A stretch of 38,063 bases of DNA, from NCBI GenBank assembly GCA_015488565.1, contig WFNQ01000007.1, positions 1 to 38,063 on the forward strand, read 5' to 3'. Position 1 is the stretch's first letter; each line of letters begins with the position of its first letter. The notes beneath the pieces were generated by a model. It was not told where the DNA came from. It made no database searches and worked only from the letters and a program-made list of their open reading frames with translations. The DNA comes from Thiomicrorhabdus sp. Its GTDB lineage: Bacteria; Pseudomonadota; Gammaproteobacteria; Thiomicrospirales; Thiomicrospiraceae. A program made the position numbers and the translations under genes. Below, piece by piece: positions 31,152-38,063 of this stretch.

Positions 31152-31451
31152 TTATGATTCTTCAATCACAACAATGGATTCCAAATCATAAAGCGCAATT
31201 AACCCCATCAATGAACTCGGTAGCGCAATCATTCTCAAGGGGGGGGATGTATTTTTAGACCAGATCAATAACAAGGCTAAAATAGCACTGTCTGCCTGCT
31301 GAACCAAACTAAAATCAACTTGCTTAACAGGCAACAATAGCGTGTTTTTAGCCTGTTTCAATAAAGCGGGCAAGCTCTCCAACGTAACCGAAGGAGGCAG
31401 TTTAATGACCGCTGTTTTTTCACACCATTCAAATGCTGACACACTCATCAT
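31152..31451 (-). CDS. mlaB: STAS domain protein MlaB
   Basis: VDFSLVQQADSAILALLL...LYDL; follows mlaC. Confidence 0.85.
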   Translation of the reverse strand: MMSVSAFEWCEKTAVIKLPPSVTLESLPALLKQAKNTLLLPVKQVDFSLVQQADSAILALLLIWSKNTSPPLRMIALPSSLMGLIALYDLESIVVIEES

Positions 31452-32108
31452 CTAAACCTGGCTGGGCGTAAAACTATTCTTAGCCGCCATCTCAGTAATC
31501 ACTTGATCTAATCCCTTTTTAGAAATCTCTGATCCATACGACTTACGGTAATTCAACAACATACTAATCCCTTCAATTGAGATATCATAAAGCAACCACT
31601 GTTGTGTTTTGCGGTTTAGATACACTCGGTAAACCACATCGGTTTTATTGCCATCGCCCTGAACAACAACCGAAGCAACGGTCACAATCCCTTTCTTCAC
31701 TTCTCGTGCGGGTTTTACCTCAACTTTATTAATCTGCAACTTCAGTAAATTTTTAGAATAAGAGTGAATCAACATATCTGAAAACGCCTGTGTAAATGCC
31801 TTTTTTTGCTCATCGTTTGCCGTTCGCCAGTAGCGACCCATGACATAACGTGCCATTTTGGCGGTATCCACATAAGGCAATACATACTTATCAGCAAACT
31901 CCTTCACCTTTTCAGGGTGCGACTCTAGCTCCGTGCGCTCCTCATTAATTTTAGCAATCAACTCTTGCGATAAAACCCGCACCATCTTCTCTGGATCGTC
32001 CTGAGGAATCGTTGTCGCAAAAGAGGGGGAAGAAAAAATTGCCACCATCATAAACAAAGCAATTATCCTGTATTTTTCACCAATGACCTTTCTACTCCAA
32101 ATCTTCAT
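31452..32108 (-). CDS. mlaC: Periplasmic phospholipid shuttle MlaC
   Basis: Signal peptide; MARYVMGRYWR and WLLYDISIEGISMLLNYR motifs. Confidence 0.93.
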   Translation of the reverse strand: MKIWSRKVIGEKYRIIALFMMVAIFSSPSFATTIPQDDPEKMVRVLSQELIAKINEERTELESHPEKVKEFADKYVLPYVDTAKMARYVMGRYWRTANDEQKKAFTQAFSDMLIHSYSKNLLKLQINKVEVKPAREVKKGIVTVASVVVQGDGNKTDVVYRVYLNRKTQQWLLYDISIEGISMLLNYRKSYGSEISKKGLDQVITEMAAKNSFTPSQV

Positions 32109-32118
32109 CGCTTAATCC

Positions 32119-32586
32119 CTAATCACTTTCACTAAATTTTACTAAAAACTGTCCAATCAACTCTTCTAACACCATCGCAGATTGCGTCATCTCAATTTCT
32201 GACCCTTGCTGCAGAACCTCTTCATCACCACCTGGCTCTAACCCAACATACTGGTCGCCCAACAACCCAGAAGTTAAAATTGAAACCGAAGAGTCTATGG
32301 GCAGTTGATTAAACGCTTGATCAATCTGCATATTCACTTTTGCTTTAAATGAGACAGGATCGATTTTAATAGAATCAACCCGACCAATCACCACGCCACT
32401 TAACTTTAAGGGAGCACGCTCCTTCAAGCCGCCTATATTATCAAATAATGCGCTCACTTCATACGTGGGGCGATCCTTCCAATCACTAAAATTACTCACC
32501 TGAAATGCAATATAAGCCAGAGCCATAAAGCCCATTAAAACAAATGCGCCAACCCATATTTCAACTTTCGTCTGTTTTTTCATCAC
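32119..32586 (-). CDS. mlaD: MCE-domain protein MlaD
   Basis: FDNIGGLK, GVVIGRV and TSGLLGDQY motifs. Confidence 0.95.
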   Translation of the reverse strand: MMKKQTKVEIWVGAFVLMGFMALAYIAFQVSNFSDWKDRPTYEVSALFDNIGGLKERAPLKLSGVVIGRVDSIKIDPVSFKAKVNMQIDQAFNQLPIDSSVSILTSGLLGDQYVGLEPGGDEEVLQQGSEIEMTQSAMVLEELIGQFLVKFSESD

Positions 32587-32600
32587 TCATTAAAACCTTT

Positions 32601-33398
32601 TTAATTAAACATAATGGATGTCAAAATAAAATCCAATCCCAAAATACCCAACGAAGAATGCACAACAGTACGCGTGGTCGCACTGCTCACCCCTTCCGAA
32701 GAAGGAATGGCATTAACCCCTTGAAACAGAGCAATAATCGCAATTAAAACACCAAAAACAACCGACTTAATAATGCCATTCATCACATCCTCTTGCCAAT
32801 CAACTTGACTGCTCATTTGTGACCAAAACGCACCCGAATCCACGCCCAGCCAACTAACAGAAACCAAATACCCGCCAAACACACCCAATGCATTAAAGAT
32901 TAACACCAGTAATGGCAGTGCAATAATCACCGCAACAAATCGAGGGGCATAAATAAACTTCAATGGATCTACAGCCATCATCTCTAACGCCGATATCTGC
33001 TCGGTGGAACGCATCAATCCAATCTCGGCCGTCAATGCTGAACCCGCTCGACCCGCAAACAGCAAAGCACCAACCACAGGCCCTAACTCTCTTAACAAAG
33101 AGAGGGCCGTCATGCTTCCTACCGCCTCCTCTGCATTAAACTCCACTAAAATATTATAGCCTTGCAGACTTAATACCATGCCCACAAACAGACCCGCCAT
33201 TAAGATAATCGGCAGGGAGAGCACCCCCGCGATATAGATTTGTTTTAACAGCAAATCCATTCGAAACAAAACCGATGGCACAGCCGATAATAAGGATAAA
33301 ATAAACAACGAACCCCGACCAAAAACGGCGATATTCTCTAAAAAAGAACGCCCTATTCTTTGTAAAACCCCTTGAAAACCACCCATCAAGTGACTCAT
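32601..33398 (-). CDS. mlaE: Permease MlaE
   Basis: LLRELGPV, AGRAGSALTAEIGLM and ATTRTVV motifs. Confidence 0.96.
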   Translation of the reverse strand: MSHLMGGFQGVLQRIGRSFLENIAVFGRGSLFILSLLSAVPSVLFRMDLLLKQIYIAGVLSLPIILMAGLFVGMVLSLQGYNILVEFNAEEAVGSMTALSLLRELGPVVGALLFAGRAGSALTAEIGLMRSTEQISALEMMAVDPLKFIYAPRFVAVIIALPLLVLIFNALGVFGGYLVSVSWLGVDSGAFWSQMSSQVDWQEDVMNGIIKSVVFGVLIAIIALFQGVNAIPSSEGVSSATTRTVVHSSLGILGLDFILTSIMFN

Positions 33399-34216
33399 TT
33401 TAGACCTCCTTGAATTCGGTCTAAATCATCAGCATAAGAGACATTAGGAAAATGAAACGGAACGGGTCCATCCGGTAAACCATGAATAAACTGATTTACA
33501 TACCCAGTTGACTCTTGCAGAAGCGTTTCTTTCGTCCCCTCTGCAATCAACTTGCCTTCTGAAATGACACAAATATAGTCCGCAATCAACATCACTTCGT
33601 CCACATCATGCGACACCAGAACACTGGTCAAACCCAAACTCTCATTTAACGTTTGAATGAGTTTTACCAAGACGCCTTTTGTAATGGGGTCTTGCCCCAC
33701 AAAAGGCTCATCGTAAAAAATCATTTCCGGATCCAGTGCAATTCCTCTTGCCAACGCCACCCGTCGAGACATCCCACCAGACAACTCCGAAGGCATTAAG
33801 TCTTTTGCCCCTCGTAATCCAACAGCTTGTAATTTCATTAACACCAAGGCATAAATCATTTCATCAGACAGCTTAGTATGCTCTCGCAATGGAAACGCCA
33901 CATTATCAAAGACACTTAAATCAGTCAGTAACGCACCACTTTGAAATAGCATGCCCATTTTACGCCGCAACTTATAAATATTTTTACGCGACAACTGGTG
34001 AATATTGAGTCCTTCAACATAAACCTCGCCTGAATCAGGTTGTAACTGTCCAGCAATCAACTTCAGTAAAGTGGTTTTTCCACTGCCACTGGGGCCCATA
34101 ATAGCCGTAATTTTTCCCTTTGGAATCGACAAAGTAATGCCGTCAAAAATCTTACGCTCTCCACGAGAAAACGTCAGATTTTTTATCTCAATCAATGTCT
34201 CTGCTTTTTCGGTCAT
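33395..34216 (-). CDS. mlaF: ABC ATPase MlaF
   Basis: GPSGSGKTT, LSGGMSRR, YDEPFVGQDP and DGPVPFHF motifs; likely start ATG 34216. Confidence 0.95.
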   Translation of the reverse strand: MTEKAETLIEIKNLTFSRGERKIFDGITLSIPKGKITAIMGPSGSGKTTLLKLIAGQLQPDSGEVYVEGLNIHQLSRKNIYKLRRKMGMLFQSGALLTDLSVFDNVAFPLREHTKLSDEMIYALVLMKLQAVGLRGAKDLMPSELSGGMSRRVALARGIALDPEMIFYDEPFVGQDPITKGVLVKLIQTLNESLGLTSVLVSHDVDEVMLIADYICVISEGKLIAEGTKETLLQESTGYVNQFIHGLPDGPVPFHFPNVSYADDLDRIQGGLK

Positions 34217-34269
34217 ACTTCTCTCTATTCTGTCATTCCGCAAGGGAGGAAAAAAATACTCATACTCTG

Positions 34270-34436
34270 CTAGGAGCCTGTCCGAGAACTAAAAACCGAC
34301 TGCAAATCCCATGAACATCATAAGGCGTGCTTATCAAAGTCGTTAAATAGCCGTGCTATTCGCCTTTTTTGATAAGCTCGCCTTATAACGTTTCTGTGAT
34401 TTTCGTTACGATTCTAGTTCTCGGACAGGCTCCTAG
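34270..34436. mobile_element. Palindromic MITE-like element (non-autonomous, IS5-like ends)
   Basis: 22-bp perfect terminal inverted repeat CTAGGAGCCTGTCCGAGAACTA / TAGTTCTCGGACAGGCTCCTAG; CTAG at both ends; internal nested inverted repeats; no ORF; a sibling copy at 15729. Confidence 0.8.
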
Positions 34437-35080
34437 TACCCTAATAACTCACCAATGGTTTTAAGGTTTGCCACTTGTTGCATATTAATTTTACCCCCCC
34501 CTACTATAAAAGGGAGGACGCTTCTTTTAGAGTGTTCATCTTTGGAAAGGCTCGCTACAAAGTCGGTTAACAACGCCACCTGTTCCTTTCCATCCTCTGG
34601 CAATGTCTCTACCCACCCAAAAGGATTGCCTGATATCTTCACACCTTTTCTGCACCACTGCCAGCCCGACAAACAGTGCCGAGAAGAAATTAACGTAATG
34701 GGACAAGGCAATAAATCTAATGAAACAAAAGGAGACTCACTCCAAACAACAACCCCTAAAATAGCGCTATCCAATACCGATACAACATCGGTTATCTGGA
34801 CAAAAACGTCTCTATTTTTGATACCACCATTCAAATCATTATCCAGCGCTAAATAAAAGCCAAACGTATCCCCTATAGACTCGACTATCTCTTGCATCGC
34901 CTGCTGAGACCAAGTAGACCATTCTGACTGAGGTACCAGTACAACACGGTAAACATTGCTAAAATAGTCCAACTGCCATGCCTCTGGCAAATCATCAGGG
35001 TAAAAATCTGCTACCCAATCATTATGTCGCCAACCGTAAGTACCAATTTGTAACTCAAACACACCATTAATACCGTACAA
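34433..35080 (-). CDS. Divergent DUF72 (YecE)-like protein
   Basis: N-terminal IGTYGWRHNDWVADFYPDDLP...LDYFS matches the DUF72 start; remainder unrecognised; start codon uncertain. Confidence 0.7.
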   Translation of the reverse strand: MYGINGVFELQIGTYGWRHNDWVADFYPDDLPEAWQLDYFSNVYRVVLVPQSEWSTWSQQAMQEIVESIGDTFGFYLALDNDLNGGIKNRDVFVQITDVVSVLDSAILGVVVWSESPFVSLDLLPCPITLISSRHCLSGWQWCRKGVKISGNPFGWVETLPEDGKEQVALLTDFVASLSKDEHSKRSVLPFIVGGGKINMQQVANLKTIGELLGY

Positions 35081-35271
35081 ATAAAAATAAGCAAATAATT
35101 ATACCCAAATCCTGACTTAGAAACACCAAAGTCGACTCATTCCTTTTTTTAAACTTTGACACGAAGCAACTTTGTCATAACCTCAAGCCATATAAGCCAT
35201 AAAGATTTTTTATTTCAGCTGTACTTCCGCTATAATCACATCCACTTTTTTAAGGACTCGTTGAGTAAGTC

Positions 35272-36261
35272 ATGACAAGCACACTTCTTCTACCCAGCAT
35301 CGTACTTCTTATTGGACTCGCACTACTTGTATGGAGTTCGGATATTTTCATTGATGGTGCCGCCAGCATCTCGTTGCACATGAAAATATCGCCACTGATT
35401 ATAGGGGTAGTTGTACTAGGCTTTGGAACCTCCATGCCCGAGATCGTTGTCGCCACTCTTGCCGCACTCGATGGCAGTCCAGGGCTTGCTATCGGAAACG
35501 CGGTGGGCTCCAATATTGCCAATATTGCCCTTGTGTTAGGAGTGGCCGCACTCATCGCCCCTATTGTGGTGAAATCCTCTATTTTAAAACGAGAGCTTCC
35601 CATATTACTGGCCATCTCTTTAGGAGCTTATGCCCTCGTTTTAGATGGCGAGCTTGGCATTATGGACGGCATTATCCTAGTCGTTGCGCTCATTTTAACC
35701 ATGACTTGGATGATTCGAGCCAATAAAGCCATTGATCCAAGCGATCCGCTTGCTGAAGAGACACTTGAAGAAGTGGGCGATATACCTGAATTAACGATGA
35801 AAAAAAGTGTCATCTACCTCATTGGCGGACTCATTATTTTAATGGTCAGCGCCAAAATGATGGTTTGGGGAGCGGTCGATATCGCTCAAACCTTTGGCAT
35901 TCCCGAAGTCGTGATTGGCTTAACCATCATTGCCATCGGAACCAGTTTACCCGAACTTGCGGCCGCCATTGCCGCCGCACGAAAAAATGAAGCCGACTTA
36001 ATGATTGGTAATATCGTCGGTTCAAACCTATTTAATATTTTAGCCGTACTGGCCGTTCCAGCCCTACTTGCACCTTCCATATTAGAACCCGAAATTCTAT
36101 CCATAGACATGCCCGTGATGCTTGGATTTACTCTTATTATGCTACTCTTCGCACTCCCTATAAAAGGAAAAGCCGTCATTAATACACCCAAAGGGCTTTT
36201 ACTTACCTTCGGTTTTGTGGCATATTTAGTCATACTGTACCTACGAACTACTGGCACTTAA
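35272..36261 (+). CDS. yrbG: Calcium/sodium antiporter (YrbG family)
   Basis: Two alpha repeats, GTSMPE/GSNIAN and GTSLPE/GSNLFN. Confidence 0.93.
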   Translation: MTSTLLLPSIVLLIGLALLVWSSDIFIDGAASISLHMKISPLIIGVVVLGFGTSMPEIVVATLAALDGSPGLAIGNAVGSNIANIALVLGVAALIAPIVVKSSILKRELPILLAISLGAYALVLDGELGIMDGIILVVALILTMTWMIRANKAIDPSDPLAEETLEEVGDIPELTMKKSVIYLIGGLIILMVSAKMMVWGAVDIAQTFGIPEVVIGLTIIAIGTSLPELAAAIAAARKNEADLMIGNIVGSNLFNILAVLAVPALLAPSILEPEILSIDMPVMLGFTLIMLLFALPIKGKAVINTPKGLLLTFGFVAYLVILYLRTTGT

Positions 36262-36294
36262 ATTTAAACATTCCTAAAACACAAGGAAACCACT

Positions 36295-36837
36295 ATGCTC
36301 ATTTCAGAAGAAATTGCCCAAAAAGCACAAAAAATTAAACTGCTGATTTTAGACGTGGATGGTGTTTTAACCAACAACATGCTCATTTACAGCGAAGATG
36401 GCCAAGAGCACAAAGCCTTTCACACTCGTGATGGACACGGCATGGTGTTACTGCAAAAAAGTCAAGTCGACATAGGTATTATTACGGGCAGAAAATCACA
36501 ACTTGTTACCAATCGAATGAACGACTTAAAAGTCCAGCATGTTTATCAAGGCGTACCCGATAAGCTCCCCACCTTTTTAAAACTAGTCGATGAACTCAAT
36601 CTCTCGTTAGATGAAATTGCCTACATTGGTGACGACATTTTAGATCTTCCCATCTTAATTCGCATTGGTCTATCCGTTACCCCTGCCGACGGGGATGACG
36701 AGGTGAAATCAAGAGTAGACTATATCTCTCCTTTTAAAGGTGGTAAAGGCTGTGTAAGAGAGGTGTGTGAAATCATTATGCGTTCACAAAACAATTGGCA
36801 ACAGCACATGGATTTCTTTTTAAGAGAATCCATCTAA
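36295..36837 (+). CDS. kdsC: KDO 8-phosphate phosphatase
   Basis: LDVDGVLT, IITGR, YIGDDILD and GGKGCVREVCE motifs. Confidence 0.95.
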   Translation: MLISEEIAQKAQKIKLLILDVDGVLTNNMLIYSEDGQEHKAFHTRDGHGMVLLQKSQVDIGIITGRKSQLVTNRMNDLKVQHVYQGVPDKLPTFLKLVDELNLSLDEIAYIGDDILDLPILIRIGLSVTPADGDDEVKSRVDYISPFKGGKGCVREVCEIIMRSQNNWQQHMDFFLRESI

Positions 36838-36843
36838 TACCCC

Positions 36844-37434
36844 ATGCGCCTATCCACCCTTCGAATCACGCTTCTAACCCTAACGCTGGGATTGGTTGCG
36901 CTCTGGGTAATTAACCAAAAAGAACAAGCAACATTCTCCCCTACCGCAGACAACACCTCTGAACCTTATCAGTGGAGTAGCATCCAAAGTATCACATGGG
37001 AAATATCGCGCGATCAACCAGAAAAACAACATATCATTCAAACGGCCACATGGCACTACAATGAAACCAGCAAACTCAGCCAATTTACCCAACCCATTAT
37101 TACGCTAACCACACCAGACACTATCACCGTTATCCGCAGTCAAAAAGGCCAAACATTAAACGATGAAGCCATTCAACTCTCTGGTGATGTATCAATCACA
37201 CAAAACCCACTCTCTAACAACATCAAACAAAGCACATTAACCACCCAAAGCCTAACTTACAATGCAAACCAAGCAGAACTGTTAAGCCGTGATACAATTA
37301 CGCTAACACAAGCAGAGAGTGTTACTACTGGAGTTGGCCTCCATGCAAATTTAGAATCGGGCCAATTTCAATTAATGTCTAACGTACAGAGCACCTACCA
37401 ACCCAATAAAACCAAACAATCCAGTGCCCCATAA
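36844..37434 (+). CDS. lptC: LPS export protein LptC
   Basis: N-terminal TM, beta-jellyroll-like sequence, G.GLHANL...LMSNV end; between kdsC and lptA. Confidence 0.85.
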   Translation: MRLSTLRITLLTLTLGLVALWVINQKEQATFSPTADNTSEPYQWSSIQSITWEISRDQPEKQHIIQTATWHYNETSKLSQFTQPIITLTTPDTITVIRSQKGQTLNDEAIQLSGDVSITQNPLSNNIKQSTLTTQSLTYNANQAELLSRDTITLTQAESVTTGVGLHANLESGQFQLMSNVQSTYQPNKTKQSSAP

Positions 37435-37447
37435 AAAGACCACCGCC

Positions 37448-37990
37448 ATGCAACCAACTAACACGTTTTACCGCTCCCTTTTTGCCCTATGCATCCTATG
37501 CTTTTTTAGCCTAACGAGCTTGGCTGAATCCAATACTCCAGACGAAGAACACCCCATAAACATCACCGCTGACCGCCTAGAAGTACAAGAACAAACAGGC
37601 ATTAGCACCTACTCCGGTAACGTTAACATTCAACAAGGCAGTCTTGAGCTTACAGGCGATACCGTCACCATTATTCACCCCAATGGCCAACTTAATATGG
37701 TCAAAGCCTATGGTGCACCCGCCAAGTTTAAACGTTTTAGCCAAGTAGAACAGAGCTGGATTAATGGTCAAGCCAACTTAATTCAATACAACACCGAATA
37801 CAAAACCATTTTACTTTCAGGCAACGCCAAAGTAATGCAACCTGGAAAACACACCATTACAGGCAGCAACATTTTTTACGATGTCAGTAAGCAAACACTC
37901 ATGGCAAAAGGTAGTAAAGACGGACAAGATCGAGTCTCAGTTACCTTTGATCCCGCCACACCAAAAACACCCTCTGGCGATAAGGAATAA
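37448..37990 (+). CDS. lptA: LPS transport periplasmic protein LptA
   Basis: Signal peptide; PINITADRL, YSGNVNIQQG, LSGNAKV and RVSVTF motifs; ATG 37448 or GTG 37424. Confidence 0.92.
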   Translation: MQPTNTFYRSLFALCILCFFSLTSLAESNTPDEEHPINITADRLEVQEQTGISTYSGNVNIQQGSLELTGDTVTIIHPNGQLNMVKAYGAPAKFKRFSQVEQSWINGQANLIQYNTEYKTILLSGNAKVMQPGKHTITGSNIFYDVSKQTLMAKGSKDGQDRVSVTFDPATPKTPSGDKE

Positions 37991-37995
37991 TCTAT

Positions 37996-38063
37996 ATGGC
38001 CCATTTTTATGCCCGAGGCTTAGCCAAAAGTTACAAAAAAAGACAAGTCGTCACCTCGGTTGA
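37996..38063 (+). CDS. lptB: LPS export ABC ATPase LptB, 5' fragment (truncated by the window edge)
   Basis: ATG 37996 after AAGGA gives MAHFYARGLAKSYKKRQVVTSV, matching the LptB N-terminus; not in the ORF track. Confidence 0.88.
   Translation, partial: MAHFYARGLAKSYKKRQVVTSV

Noticed and set aside
37881-38063. 60-aa ORF at the window end
   Set aside because: Wrong frame; the real gene is lptB starting at 37996

Overview
Core chromosomal housekeeping DNA from a moderately AT-rich gammaproteobacterium. The protein sequences and gene content suggest a marine sulfur-oxidiser of the Thiomicrorhabdus/Hydrogenovibrio type, but that assignment is tentative. Gene order: rsmA(3' part)-apaH-membrane ORF, a secreted ORF, xerD-rng-yhdP, ffh/rpsP-rimM-trmD-rplS, ypjD-CNNM-IMPase, DoxX, divergent fadL/porin, radA, a stand-alone FMN glutamate-synthase-like gene, petABC, nif3, mlaFEDCB-ABC2-bolA-murA-hisG-hisD, a DUF72-like ORF, and yrbG-kdsC-lptCA-lptB(5' part). 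I found no CRISPR array, tRNA/rRNA gene, prophage, transposase or defence island, and I cannot support a novel multi-gene system. The most interesting signals are non-coding or compositional: (1) a 167-bp fully palindromic MITE-like element bounded by CTAG, with an internally deleted sibling 18.5 kb away in front of doxX; (2) a four-unit Pho-box-like array with a correctly spaced -10 in front of the porin; (3) eleven G/C homopolymers of 8-10 nt, all inside intact genes; (4) an apparently leaderless xerD-rng-yhdP transcript; (5) a LysR-type dyad at about -65 of petABC; (6) a structured trmD-rplS spacer. All product calls come from recognising protein motifs and synteny; no database was searched.
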